A stretch of DNA of 64,000 nt from an uncultured bacterium (GCA_913056395.1 CAJXMG010000001.1:119550-183549), one strand, 5' to 3'; counted from the stretch's first letter, positions 9,762 through 20,044 are shown. Notes: generated from the letters alone by a model not told the origin. Numbers and translations are program-made.

Positions 9762-10601
9762 TCACTGCAGGAACTGGACGACCAGTTTAGTCAGGAGGGG
9801 TTCGGCTCCTGCTGCGACTTCCAGAATCTCTTCTACGGAAACTTTCTTCAAGTCATCCGGGTCACAGAGATCGGTAACCACGGAAATTGCCGAGGCCCGA
9901 ATCCCTTCATGAGCACAGATGATCACCTCTGGAACGGTCGACATCCCGACCACATCCGCTCCCAAACCCCTCAACATGCGGTATTCAGCCCTTGTTTCGA
10001 GGTTAGGGCCCGGGACGGCCACGTAGACTCCGCTGGAGGCACGGATTCCGGAGGATTGGGCCAATTCGAGCCATTTTTTGACCGATTCCCGGCAATAGGG
10101 CTCGCTCATGTCGGGGAAACGGGGACCCCAGTCGTCATGATTCATACCGGTGAGGGGGTTTTCTCCAAGGAGATGGATGTGGTCATCGAGGATCAGCAGG
10201 TCTCCTTTTTCCAAATTGGGGGAGAGTCCTCCACAACAATTGGAAATGATCGCATGCTCGACTCCCAGTCTTGCGGCCACACGCATTGGCATGACGATGT
10301 CTTCCATGGAGTAACCCTCATACAGATGAAATCTGCCCTGGAAGCACAGGATCCGATGTTGGCCAATGTTGCCGAAGTGAAGTTGGCCACTGTGGCCGGG
10401 TGCAGTCGAAATGGGAAAACCGGGGATCGCCGAGTAATCGATGGTGGTTTTCTCCGAGATCTCCTCGACGAGGCCACCGAGCCCTGTCCCCAGAATGATT
10501 ACCGTATCCGGAGAATCGCCGGGGTTGGCAGCGGCGACCGCTTCAGCAGCGGACTCGATGCGCAAACGTTGTCTCTGGCCTTCTTCCTGAATGGTGCCCA
10601 T
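9762..10601 (-). CDS. Purine nucleoside phosphorylase / MTA phosphorylase family (trimeric PNP)
   Basis: ILGTGLGG motif, RFHLYEGY and VGMSTVPEVI motifs of PNP-I/MTAP. Confidence 0.7.
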   Translation of the reverse strand: MGTIQEEGQRQRLRIESAAEAVAAANPGDSPDTVIILGTGLGGLVEEISEKTTIDYSAIPGFPISTAPGHSGQLHFGNIGQHRILCFQGRFHLYEGYSMEDIVMPMRVAARLGVEHAIISNCCGGLSPNLEKGDLLILDDHIHLLGENPLTGMNHDDWGPRFPDMSEPYCRESVKKWLELAQSSGIRASSGVYVAVPGPNLETRAEYRMLRGLGADVVGMSTVPEVIICAHEGIRASAISVVTDLCDPDDLKKVSVEEILEVAAGAEPLLTKLVVQFLQ

Positions 10602-10619
10602 GGGGGACTTCGCCTTCCT

Positions 10620-10940
10620 TCAGACTTTTCGAATTCCAAGTTCTTCGAGCGTGGTCGTCAATTTTTGCCGATCGAGCCCGGCGAGTAAAAAAGTCTTGTT
10701 TCGCTGATGCTCTCCTCGCAAAAGGCGAACATGACCTTTCGGAATACCAAGGGTACCTGAAAGTACCTTTGAAAGGGTGACATTTGCCTGACCCTTCTCG
10801 GGAGCTGTGGTCACCTTGACCACCAGTGCCCCCTGTCGGATTCCTGAGATGGCATTGATCGAGGCCCCGGGGATCGCCCGGATATTCACTTCGATGCCGT
10901 CAGTAGTCTCTTTGAGGGGAAGATCCTCCAGTGGATTCAC
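10620..10940 (-). CDS. DUF167 (YggU) family protein
   Basis: 106-aa protein with GxxVxVRAxPGAxxN..GIxxGALxVKVTAxPxxGxAN, characteristic of the UPF0235/YggU family. Confidence 0.65.
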   Translation of the reverse strand: MNPLEDLPLKETTDGIEVNIRAIPGASINAISGIRQGALVVKVTTAPEKGQANVTLSKVLSGTLGIPKGHVRLLRGEHQRNKTFLLAGLDRQKLTTTLEELGIRKV

Positions 10941-13504
10941 TCTTTCTCTTCCCCGGTTTCGCGCTGGAGATCCTCAAGGAGGAGGCGCAGGGATTTGTCA
11001 GACTCATTTTTCCAAATCTGGTCTGCTTCCGTGCTTCTTCCGTTGAATTCGAGGAGCAGAGCCAGGAGTTTGGCCCATTCAGCGTCCAATTCGGATTCCT
11101 GCCACAGATCGAGACGACCGCCGGGGGTCAGCTCCTTCCACAGGAGGTAACGACCAGGACCTTCTGAGGTATCCCTGTAAATGACGCGATCTGATCGAAG
11201 GGTGACCCATGGTGCAGAGATCTGTTTATCCGCAGTGGCGACCACACGGGATTTATTGCGAGGCAATGAAACCTCCGTTTGCCGGTCCAGGGTCCGATCG
11301 AATTGTTGCAACAACTGCAGATGTTTTTCGGCGAGTTCGAGGTCAGCGTTGGAGAAACGCTCTTCGAGCAACATCGCCCGCAATTCTCTGGCGGCTTCCA
11401 GGCCACGGAACTGCAGATTCCAAAGATCCCAAGTGCGTTTGAGAACGGGTGCGAGAGAAGCATATCCCGAATCCCCGGAATCCATCTCTGCGGTTTCGAT
11501 CGCGGTGAGCAGTTCAGTTTCAAAGGGCCCGGTTGCCGGAATGGAAGCCCTCGAAACAAGTCCCTGAAACAGGTCTTTTGCTTCCGCTTTTCTTCCCTCC
11601 TGCAGTTTCTCCCGAATCAGCGGCCCTGTCTCACGCCAAAGGTCGATGGCTTGCTGATCGATTTGCGCGAGGAATTGATCCCGGGCATCCCAGGAAGGAG
11701 TGTTTCGATGTTCCTCCGGGTAGGCAGTGATCTCTTGCCGTGCTCTCGCCGGTTGATTGGATTGCAACCAGCCCTCTGCCCGCGGACGGATTCGATTCCA
11801 GTCTCTTTCAGCAGCCTGATTCCTTTGGGTCTGTATACGTATCTCCATTTGCAGATCTTCGATGAGACGGGTAGCACGAAGGGCTGCCCGGGTATCGGGA
11901 AAGTCTGTGACGAGAGCCTGAAGTGCTGGCATGCGCTCAGCGGGGGATTTGGTATTCTCTGTTTCACGAGTCAAGTCCGCAAACAACTCTCTTGCCTGTG
12001 CTTCCTTCTGCAACTCTTTTCGTCTGGAGCTCTCTTTTTCGACCGCTTTCACCACTTCCCGATAACGGTCACGCAGGGGAGAAAGAAGGGCATCGGACCC
12101 GCTGATTTCCCGAGACTCCCAGCCACGAAGGTCAACCTCGAAGTCTTCGAGATCACTTCTGACTTGGGCAAGGTCCACCTCCGGGGATATCCGTTCCTCG
12201 ATGGCACCCAAAATTTGGGAGAGATTCATGGCAGTGGATTCGATTTGTTCCAGCGGATCAGGTTTGGGGGGCAAGTCCCTGTCAGGAATCCACGTCAGGG
12301 CCCAACCACCGATCGAAATGAAAATGAGAACACCAGCGACGATGGAGCCCACGGGAATCGTGGATTTGCCTGCGGGGTAACGGCTGATCAGATGATCGAG
12401 ATCGTGTCCTAATTTTTCTGCGTTCACAGGGCGATCATCCGGTTTCGGAGCCATCATGCGCTGAATCAGTGCGCGCACGTCGAGGGGGATTTGGGATCGG
12501 GAAGTCCACGCCCAGGGGTCGGGAGCTGCGGTGGCATTCATGTGCTTGAGAATCACATCCCTTGCACCTTTTCCCTTATAGGGAGTCTTCCCGGTCAGGC
12601 AGTGAAAGAGCGTTGCTCCGAGGGAGTAAATGTCCGCCCGTTGATCGATGGCTTCACCACGAGCCTGTTCGGGGGCGATGTAGTGCGGAGAGCCGCTGAC
12701 GCCTTCCTTCTGGGAAACCACACCGGATGCATCCGCTTTGCGGGCGATGCCGAGATCGCCGATCTTGACGGTTCCATCCTGCGACATCATCAGGTTGCCA
12801 GGCTTGATATCCCTGTGAACGATCCCCTGCTTTTCAGCGTATTCGAGTCCCTTTGCTGCTTGGCGAACGATATCGAGGGCGATGTCGAGGGGCAGGGCAC
12901 CATTCTCATCAATCCTTTTTTCAGCACTGCCATGATCCATCAACTCCATGGTGAAGTAATGGAGATCGTCTTCCCTGCCTACGTCGTAGACCTGAACGAT
13001 GTGGGGGTGGCTCAACAAGCCTGCGGCACGGGCTTCGCGAATGAAGAGGTCGATGAAGGCGGGGTCACGGGTGTACTTGTCGGAGAGAACCTTGAGAGCG
13101 ACAGGGCGATCCAGGGAGATTTGTCGTGCAGAGTAGACGGTACCCATACCACCACGACCGATCCTTGCGAGTACCTTGCAACCACCCAGGGTTTTGCCAA
13201 TCAGTGGGTCCTCTTCAACCAGAAAGGTCAGTCGGGTGAGGCCGAGGTCGATATGGTCATTGTGTTTGAGCCTGACCCTGTCGGCGATGGTTTCACCGTT
13301 GATCTGAATGCCGTTGGTGCTTTCCAGATCGCGGATCCACCAGCAGGAGTCCTTGAATTCAATCTGACAATGGCGGCGGCTGATTTCTTCATCTCGCAAA
13401 CTTATCTGAGCAGCAGTGTCTCTGCCCACCAGAAAAGCACCATCCGATTTGACGCTCCATGATCGACCCCGATCGGGTCCTTTTTCAGCGAGAATTCTGG
13501 GCAT
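10937..13504 (-). CDS. FHA-domain Ser/Thr protein kinase, membrane-anchored with a large C-terminal region
   Basis: N-terminal FHA (GRDTAAQISLRDEEISRRHCQIEF...WIRDLESTNGIQING). Hanks kinase motifs (LGRGGMGTVY, VALKVL, HRDIKPGNLM, DLGIA, SPHYIAPE). One TM helix (IVAGVLIFISIGGWALTWI). ~430-aa helical C-terminal domain. Confidence 0.85.
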   Translation of the reverse strand: MPRILAEKGPDRGRSWSVKSDGAFLVGRDTAAQISLRDEEISRRHCQIEFKDSCWWIRDLESTNGIQINGETIADRVRLKHNDHIDLGLTRLTFLVEEDPLIGKTLGGCKVLARIGRGGMGTVYSARQISLDRPVALKVLSDKYTRDPAFIDLFIREARAAGLLSHPHIVQVYDVGREDDLHYFTMELMDHGSAEKRIDENGALPLDIALDIVRQAAKGLEYAEKQGIVHRDIKPGNLMMSQDGTVKIGDLGIARKADASGVVSQKEGVSGSPHYIAPEQARGEAIDQRADIYSLGATLFHCLTGKTPYKGKGARDVILKHMNATAAPDPWAWTSRSQIPLDVRALIQRMMAPKPDDRPVNAEKLGHDLDHLISRYPAGKSTIPVGSIVAGVLIFISIGGWALTWIPDRDLPPKPDPLEQIESTAMNLSQILGAIEERISPEVDLAQVRSDLEDFEVDLRGWESREISGSDALLSPLRDRYREVVKAVEKESSRRKELQKEAQARELFADLTRETENTKSPAERMPALQALVTDFPDTRAALRATRLIEDLQMEIRIQTQRNQAAERDWNRIRPRAEGWLQSNQPARARQEITAYPEEHRNTPSWDARDQFLAQIDQQAIDLWRETGPLIREKLQEGRKAEAKDLFQGLVSRASIPATGPFETELLTAIETAEMDSGDSGYASLAPVLKRTWDLWNLQFRGLEAARELRAMLLEERFSNADLELAEKHLQLLQQFDRTLDRQTEVSLPRNKSRVVATADKQISAPWVTLRSDRVIYRDTSEGPGRYLLWKELTPGGRLDLWQESELDAEWAKLLALLLEFNGRSTEADQIWKNESDKSLRLLLEDLQRETGEEKE

Positions 13505-14238
13505 CAGTCGGGGCTCACCGGTGGGTAAAGAGATTGGCCGATCCTCAGAAGGGTGGCGCCTTCACTGACCGCGACTTGCCAATCTGCAGACATGCCCATC
13601 GACAAGTGACGAAAATCCTCGGCTTTTGAAGATTCCATGGAGTGCCGCAGGTTATCACGGAGTTTTCTCAGGGAGCGGAAGACCGGTCGACACTCTTCAG
13701 CAGGTATCTGCGGAGCCATCGTCATCAATCCCTCGAAACGCAATTGGGGGCACCGATCGATCCATTCAGGGATCAACTCCAGAGCCTCTACCGGATCGAG
13801 CCCCGATTTTTGTGACTCCCCCGCAATATTGATTTGGATCAGAACGCCCAAACGGCGATTCAAATGATCTTCCACCCAGCGATCAAGGGTTTCTGCCAGT
13901 CGCTGTGAATCGACACTGTGGATCAGGTCCACTCTGGGGGCGACGACGGAGATCTTGTTTCGTTGTAGTTTGCCGATGAAGTGCCACCCGCCGGGGTCTT
14001 GCCCCGGGTCTGTTTTGGCTTCCAGTTCCTGGGCACGATTCTCACCGAGGGGAGCCTGGCCTTCATCGAGTAACAATCGGGTCTCTTCAGCAGTGATGTA
14101 CTTGGTGACCGGAAGAACACACGGACTCAATCGATCCAACTCATCAGCACCGGTTGGTGCCAGATTTGCGGCTTCATTCTCAATCTCTTGTCGTTTTTGG
14201 AGAAAGAAGTCGAGATCGAGTTGGAGCGTTTTCCTCAT
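13504..14238 (-). CDS. yggS: YggS-family PLP homeostasis protein (alanine-racemase N-terminal-like fold)
   Basis: WHFIGKLQRNK signature of YggS/PROSC. Start at MRKTLQL (14238), 3 nt from the dnaE stop; the ORF-track start at 14361 overlaps dnaE. Confidence 0.75.
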   Translation of the reverse strand: MRKTLQLDLDFFLQKRQEIENEAANLAPTGADELDRLSPCVLPVTKYITAEETRLLLDEGQAPLGENRAQELEAKTDPGQDPGGWHFIGKLQRNKISVVAPRVDLIHSVDSQRLAETLDRWVEDHLNRRLGVLIQINIAGESQKSGLDPVEALELIPEWIDRCPQLRFEGLMTMAPQIPAEECRPVFRSLRKLRDNLRHSMESSKAEDFRHLSMGMSADWQVAVSEGATLLRIGQSLYPPVSPD

Positions 14239-17200
14239 GCACGTTCCTTTGGCTTGGCAATTTCCATCCGAATGGCGCTTTCCCCGAGCAAGGTGCGAAC
14301 CTCCTCGATAAAGCCCGATTCTCCCGAGACCATCTGGCGATTGCCACAGGGAACCCGCCATGCATGTTCATCCACGTGGTCAAAGATCAGGGTGACAGGG
14401 ATCTTGCCAGGGAATCGCTCCATGATGTCACGGGTCTCGAAGAGCATTTTTTCATTCACGTCTGACGGGAATGAAATACCGATCTGCTTGGCAAGTTTTG
14501 AAGCCGCAGATGAGAGAGAGAATGCCCGATTGACGATAATTTTTCTCTCACCGCGTATGCCCTCTTCTTCGGCGACGATCTCAGCGGTTCCCTGAATCAC
14601 AAGGATTTCATCAACGGCCAGGTCTTCCCGGAATTCCAGATAGGCCTTGGGGAAGTAGATGGCTTCCAGTGATCCGGATCGATCCTCGATGGTGACGACG
14701 GCCATCGGGTCGCCCTTGCGGGTTTGCCGGGGGACGATCTGGGAAACCATGGCAGCCAGAGTGACCTGCGTTTTGTGGTGTTTTTCACTGAGTTCACGGA
14801 TGAGGTGGGTTCGTACGGGAAGAAGCTCCTCTTCCTTCCGCTCCAGAGGATGTCCACTGAGATAGAACCCCAATGCGGACTTTTCGCGGGAAAGCATTTC
14901 TCCGTCGGTCCATTTCGGGACCTTAGGCCAATTTTCTTCCGCTACGGGTTCGCTGCCATCACCGAAGAGAGAGAGTTGTCCTGCCTCTCTTTCTGCGTGG
15001 ATTCGCTTTCCTTCCTCCAGGGCGTCGCCGACCGCTGCAGTCATCGTCGAACGTGATTGGCCGAGGTTGTCTAAAGCTCCACCATTGATCAGGGATTCAA
15101 GTACCTTTTTGTTGATCAACTCCGGTTTGACTCTCGTAGTCAGATCATAAAGGGACTTGAAGGGACCTTTCCTGTCCCTCTCCGCAAGAATATGCGCGAT
15201 GACTTTTTCGCCAACTCCCTTAATGGCCACTAGACCATAAACCACCTTGTCTTCTCTCAGGGAAAAGTTGCTTTTGGAGAAGTTGACATGAGGCGGAATG
15301 ACCTCGATGTCCATCTCCTTGCACTCCTCCAAATACGTAACCATGGTGTCGACGGTGGAGATGTAGCAGGACATCACTGCAGCAAGGAACGCCTCGGGAT
15401 GGTTGGCTTTCAGATAGGCACACTGGTAAGAGATCAAGGCGTAGGCTGTCGAGTGTGATTTGTTGAATCCATATTTGGCGAACTGTTCGATCTGTTCGAA
15501 AATCGCCTTTGAAATTTTCTCGGGAACCTGATTTTTTTCTTTTGCTCCGTTGATGAACTGATCGCGGAATTTTTCCATCAGTTCAATCTTCTTTTTACCC
15601 ATCGCCTTGCGCAGGTTGTCTGCGTCGTTCATGGAGAAGCCGGCCATCTGGTTGGCGATACGCATGACCTGCTCCTGATAGAGGATCACTCCATTGGTGT
15701 CATGGAGGAGCTCTTCCAGTGAGGGGTGAAGGTATTCCATTTTTTCGCGACCATGTTTGCGATCGCAATAAAGGTGATGCATGCCTGATCCGATAGGACC
15801 TGGTCTGTAGAGTGCGAGTACTGCGATGATGTCTTCGAAGCAGTCGGGTTTGAGGTTGCGCAGCAACTCCCGCATCCCGCCACTCTCCAACTGGAAGATT
15901 CCATGGGTCTCACCCTGACAAAGCAGGTCATAGGTAGGCTTGTCGTCGAGGGGCAGATTTTCGAGGTCCAATTTTTCACCGGTGGAGTCCTCGATCAATC
16001 GGGTCGCCTTGTCGAGGATGGTCAAATACCTCAGTCCAAGGAAGTCGACCTTGAGAAGACCGATTTTTTCCAGAATCTCCATCGGGAACTGGGTGACGAT
16101 ATCTTCCCCATTTCGGGAAAGGGGGATCAGTTCCGTGAGAGGGCGGTCGGCGATGACCACCCCTGCCGCATGGGTGGAACAGTGCCGGTTGAGTCCCTCG
16201 AGTTTCTGTGCAACTTCGAAAAGTTCGAGGTAACGGGGGTCCCGAGTGGCCTTTGCCAGATCCGGTTCCGACTCGATGGCTTCCTTCAGTTTGATGCCCG
16301 GAACGTCAGGGACTTTTTTGGTGAGTTCGTTTACCTCCGAAAGAGGGATATTGAGAACTCTGCCGACGTCTTTGAGGGCTGCCTTTGCGGCCATCGTTCC
16401 AAAGGTCGCAATCTTGCAGACACGGTCCTCACCATATTTGTCGCGGACGTACTCGATCACCTTTTCTCGACCATCGACACAAAAGTCGATATCGATATCA
16501 GGCATGGAGATACGATCACTGTTGAGGAATCGCTCGAAGATCAGATCGTATTTCAGCGGGCACAGATTTGTGATTCCCAGACAGTAGGAAACGATGGAAC
16601 CAACAGCGGATCCACGGCCCGGTCCGATGGGAATGTCATTCTCCCGTGCGTAGTGACAGAAGTCCCAGGTGATGAGGAAGTACGAAATGAATCCCATATC
16701 GGTGATGATTCCGATTTCGTACTCCAGCCTTTCCCGAGCTCCCTCAGGTGGATCGGGGTAGAGCCTGGCAAACCCTTCTTCGACCAGTTCCCGGAAGCGT
16801 CCGATGTTTTCATCTTCTGCCTTTTGCGCACTGGCCTCGTCAAAAGCAGGTGGCTCGTTCCCCTCAAAATAGACGGGCAGGAACATCTTGTCGGTTTCCA
16901 ATTCGAAATCGACCATCGCTGCGATCTCGTCAGTGTTGGTCAGGTATTCCGGGAAATCTCCGAAGAGTTGTTCCATCTCTTTGCCGGTCTTGAAGTAGAA
17001 CTCTTTCGATTCAAAGGTCATCCGATCGGAATCGTCGATCTGCTTGCCGGTATTGATGCAAAGGTGAACTTCCTGAGCACGCGCGTGATTGTTGGTCAAA
17101 TAGTGGACATCATTGGTGGCGATAATCGGCACACCCATTTTGCGGGCGAGGTCCGGGGCCCTTTCGACGATTCTGCGCTGTTCGGTCAAGCCGTGATCCT

Positions 17201-17741
17201 GGACCTCCATGAAAAAGTGACCGGGCTCAAAGATGTCGATGTAACGACGGGCGCATTCCTCCGCTTTCTCCGAATCACCATGAAGCAAAGCACGATTGAT
17301 TTCGCCGGCAAGGCATGCGCTCGTCGCGATCAATCCTTCAGAGTGAAGCTTGAGGATCTCATGATCGATTCTCGGCTTGTAATAGAACCCCTCGATAAAA
17401 GCGAGGCTCGACAGCTTGCAAAGGTTTCTGTATCCCGCTTCATTTTTTGCCAACAGCACCAAGTGGAAGTGGGGCTGGCGCCCTGCTTCACGCTTTTTGT
17501 CGTGACGACTCCCATCGGTGATATAAGCCTCCATGCCGATGATGGGCTTGATTCCTTCCTGACGACACGTCTGGTGAAACTCGACCGCACCGAACATGTT
17601 TCCATGGTCCGTCAAGGCGAGCGCTTTCATGCCTTGGTCTTTGGCGAGGCGAACCATGTTCGGGATCGTATTGACCCCATCCAGCAGGCTGAAATGGCTG
17701 TGTACATGGAGATGGCAGAATCGATCGGCAGCCTTGGACAA
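14235..17741 (-). CDS. dnaE: DNA polymerase III alpha subunit
   Basis: 1168 aa. PHP domain (FCHLHVHSHFSLLDG...TDHGNMFG), a polymerase core and an OB-fold C-terminus. Confidence 0.9.
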   Translation of the reverse strand: MSKAADRFCHLHVHSHFSLLDGVNTIPNMVRLAKDQGMKALALTDHGNMFGAVEFHQTCRQEGIKPIIGMEAYITDGSRHDKKREAGRQPHFHLVLLAKNEAGYRNLCKLSSLAFIEGFYYKPRIDHEILKLHSEGLIATSACLAGEINRALLHGDSEKAEECARRYIDIFEPGHFFMEVQDHGLTEQRRIVERAPDLARKMGVPIIATNDVHYLTNNHARAQEVHLCINTGKQIDDSDRMTFESKEFYFKTGKEMEQLFGDFPEYLTNTDEIAAMVDFELETDKMFLPVYFEGNEPPAFDEASAQKAEDENIGRFRELVEEGFARLYPDPPEGARERLEYEIGIITDMGFISYFLITWDFCHYARENDIPIGPGRGSAVGSIVSYCLGITNLCPLKYDLIFERFLNSDRISMPDIDIDFCVDGREKVIEYVRDKYGEDRVCKIATFGTMAAKAALKDVGRVLNIPLSEVNELTKKVPDVPGIKLKEAIESEPDLAKATRDPRYLELFEVAQKLEGLNRHCSTHAAGVVIADRPLTELIPLSRNGEDIVTQFPMEILEKIGLLKVDFLGLRYLTILDKATRLIEDSTGEKLDLENLPLDDKPTYDLLCQGETHGIFQLESGGMRELLRNLKPDCFEDIIAVLALYRPGPIGSGMHHLYCDRKHGREKMEYLHPSLEELLHDTNGVILYQEQVMRIANQMAGFSMNDADNLRKAMGKKKIELMEKFRDQFINGAKEKNQVPEKISKAIFEQIEQFAKYGFNKSHSTAYALISYQCAYLKANHPEAFLAAVMSCYISTVDTMVTYLEECKEMDIEVIPPHVNFSKSNFSLREDKVVYGLVAIKGVGEKVIAHILAERDRKGPFKSLYDLTTRVKPELINKKVLESLINGGALDNLGQSRSTMTAAVGDALEEGKRIHAEREAGQLSLFGDGSEPVAEENWPKVPKWTDGEMLSREKSALGFYLSGHPLERKEEELLPVRTHLIRELSEKHHKTQVTLAAMVSQIVPRQTRKGDPMAVVTIEDRSGSLEAIYFPKAYLEFREDLAVDEILVIQGTAEIVAEEEGIRGERKIIVNRAFSLSSAASKLAKQIGISFPSDVNEKMLFETRDIMERFPGKIPVTLIFDHVDEHAWRVPCGNRQMVSGESGFIEEVRTLLGESAIRMEIAKPKERA

Positions 17742-17853
17742 TTGACCTCCGTGAATGAGTGTTTGGGAGCAGGATTTTCCCTGAGTCCCTTCGTTGTATG
17801 GGGAGGATTCCCTCCGGGCAAGGGCTGCGATTCCTTGATGTGGGACTCGGGGG

Positions 17854-18633
17854 GTGAGACCCTTTCTGAAGATGGAGGATCAAGTGACCGAGATCGGTGA
17901 AGAGAAGGCTTCCGGGGAATCTGCAGGGGGCAAAAAAGCCACCTTTGCACGATTACGTGACGAGGAGCAGAGAGTTGCCGGGGGAGGACGCTGGAGCGTC
18001 GATTCCAGCCGTCGCTTCTGTGCCCTGACACGGGAGGAAATTCCCCGGGGGACACCCTTCTGGACCGTCCTCGCTCCAGCAGACCCCGGGGACGCCCCCG
18101 AATCTGCTGGCCGGCTGACCGCTTTCTTTTCACGACAGGACTACTGTGACGAGGCGATGGCCCAGTTGGATTCCTCCAGCTTTTTCGCCCGGTGGCGAAC
18201 CGTGATTCCTGAGGAATCAGGGCCCGAGAAGCGTGTCGTCAATGTGGCTTCCCTGTTGGCGACCTTTCTGGAGCTGGTTGAGCCTCTGCGTTCAAAGTCC
18301 TCCGGTGAGGAGGAGGCCGCCGACGAAGAGGGGGACGGATCCTCCTTTGACCCCGATTCCACCCCTGAATCACCGGAAGGGGAGGATTCTGGAGTTTCCG
18401 CCCTCGGGTCCAGGGGATTGCAAGTGGACCAGTCCACCGACCGCCTCAGGTTGGCGTACCTGCTCGCCCTTTTTCTGGTGCGTAAAAGGGCATTGATCTG
18501 GGAAGACCATGACGAAGAGCTGCTGAAGGTTCGCGAAAAGGCTTCCGAAGAGATTTACGAAATCCCGACTCCTGCCATGGATCGCGAGACCCTTGAGGGG
18601 GCGATTCGGGAGATCGAGTCCATCTTCGGCTGA
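17854..18633 (+). CDS. Hypothetical protein
   Basis: 259-aa ORF divergent from dnaE. Acidic and serine-rich centre. No recognised domain; the start could be the downstream Met at 17872. Confidence 0.35.
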   Translation: MRPFLKMEDQVTEIGEEKASGESAGGKKATFARLRDEEQRVAGGGRWSVDSSRRFCALTREEIPRGTPFWTVLAPADPGDAPESAGRLTAFFSRQDYCDEAMAQLDSSSFFARWRTVIPEESGPEKRVVNVASLLATFLELVEPLRSKSSGEEEAADEEGDGSSFDPDSTPESPEGEDSGVSALGSRGLQVDQSTDRLRLAYLLALFLVRKRALIWEDHDEELLKVREKASEEIYEIPTPAMDRETLEGAIREIESIFG

Positions 18634-19095
18634 TCTTCGACCCAGAAGGAGGGCTCAATCGCCCTCCTGGGGACGCTTCCGTTCTCTCCGTTTCTTCCTT
18701 TCAACATTGATCATGCACGAGTCTGCTCAGTTGCCGTAGGCACATCCTCGTGCCCGCCCCAGATCACTTTTGCTGGGTCTCCACTATACTCCCCACTTTC
18801 AACTCCCCACTTTTCACCACCGGGCAGCCACTCTGGCCAAGGGGGCTGCCAGGGGGCTCTGGAGTGAGTTTGTCCCAATAAGGGTTCAATCGCCTCTGAG
18901 GATCTGAATTCAAACAAAGAGGAATAATTTCGGCCCATAGCTAGGGCGGAAAATTTTTTTGAGGGGTGAAGGCCCAAGATGTGGGGGTGCTCTTGGGGAG
19001 GACCCAAACCCGTTGTGGAGGGCACCTCTTAAGTCCTTATTCTGCATAGATATGTGAAAAATAGTCCCTTGCGGGGGCGAAGAGTGCCCATAAAG

Positions 19096-19120
19096 TGGGG
19101 CCAAGTGGGAACAAAGGGGG
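19096..19120 (+). promoter_or_regulatory. Candidate MraZ boxes (TGGGN direct repeats with 10-bp phasing) upstream of mraZ
   Basis: TGGGG-ccaag-TGGGA-acaaa-GGGGG at 19096-19120, ~85 nt upstream of the mraZ GTG start. The E. coli MraZ operator is three TGGGN repeats separated by 5-nt spacers. A second pair, TGGGG...TGGGG, lies at 18982-18998. Confidence 0.35.
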
Positions 19121-19204
19121 AGGGGTTCCACGTTGTGGACCCGAATGAAACACCCGGAGTTTTCGCCATAGAGGTGAAACCAACCCAGAGACCTGGAGAG
19201 ATCT

Positions 19205-19711
19205 GTGACCGCGCATTTCAAGGGACAGTTCGAGCTGACTCTCGACGACAAGGGAAGAGTGATCATCCCTTCTCGTCTGCGCTCAAAGATCGATCCTCGT
19301 TTCGATGGTGAGGGATTTGTGGCCACTGCCGGAACGGCTCCATGTCTCTGGGTCTACACCTCTGCTGAATGGGATCGGATCTCGGAAGAGGTTCGGAGAT
19401 ACGAGCGGGGTTCTGCGGAGCTCCACGAACTTCAGCGAGACCTGTTTGGTCGGGCGGAAGATTTGAACCCGGACCGTCAAGGACGGGTATTGCTCAACGA
19501 CCGTTTGAGAAATTGGGCGCAACTGGACAAGGAACTGGTCTTCGTCGGTTGCTTCGATCGCATCGAGATTTGGGATTCAACGGTCTGGACCGAACGCAAT
19601 GAAGACCGTGAAGCCTACCAGACTCGCCTCGACGTGTTCATGGGCGAGCACGGTGACTACGCAAGAAGAATGGACAAGTTCTTCGGTGGTGGATCTACCG
19701 AAGAAAAATAG
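19205..19711 (+). CDS. mraZ: Transcriptional regulator MraZ
   Basis: GTG start. Duplicated DxxxR MraZ motifs (DDKGRVIIP and DRQGRVLL). ~168 aa. Heads the dcw cluster. Confidence 0.8.
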   Translation: MTAHFKGQFELTLDDKGRVIIPSRLRSKIDPRFDGEGFVATAGTAPCLWVYTSAEWDRISEEVRRYERGSAELHELQRDLFGRAEDLNPDRQGRVLLNDRLRNWAQLDKELVFVGCFDRIEIWDSTVWTERNEDREAYQTRLDVFMGEHGDYARRMDKFFGGGSTEEK

Positions 19712-19765
19712 GGGGATGGCTGCCGAAGGGGAATCGGCAGCCGGGGAATCGACAGGGGGACAGAG

Positions 19766-20029
19766 ATGATTTCATTACTGGATCAACACGTGGATTCAAA
19801 CCACCGGCAGTCACAGGTGGTCAGCAGAATTCGGGAATTTTTGCAGACAGGTCAGCACCTTGACGAAGCTCCGGAGTCGGTGCTGAGAGACCTCGACGAG
19901 CTGTGGGATCGCGTTCAGCGCGCCCGTGCTCGCGGCGTTGAAGGCGTGCGACTGTCGAAAGGTTTGCACCGGGCTGCACGCGCCAGGGCATTTGGAAAGT
20001 TCGCCGCTCCGACCCTCGACCACATTTGA
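19766..20029 (+). CDS. Small hypothetical ORF between mraZ and rsmH
   Basis: 87-aa ORF that fills the 333-nt gap. No recognisable domain; may not be a real gene. Confidence 0.25.
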   Translation: MISLLDQHVDSNHRQSQVVSRIREFLQTGQHLDEAPESVLRDLDELWDRVQRARARGVEGVRLSKGLHRAARARAFGKFAAPTLDHI

Positions 20030-20044
20030 TTCGGGTCGTTCAGG

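Noticed and set aside
11279-13462. Plus-strand ORFs of 377 and 323 aa
   Set aside because: Both are antisense to the FHA-Ser/Thr kinase gene, which has clear Hanks motifs on the minus strand.
15903-17900. 665-aa plus-strand ORF
   Set aside because: It is antisense to dnaE, whose PHP domain and polymerase motifs are clearly present on the minus strand.
18711-19326. Minus-strand ORFs of 104 and 138 aa in the mraZ leader
   Set aside because: They have no RBS and low-complexity P/G/W-rich translations. They sit in a G-run-rich non-coding region and are more likely spurious.
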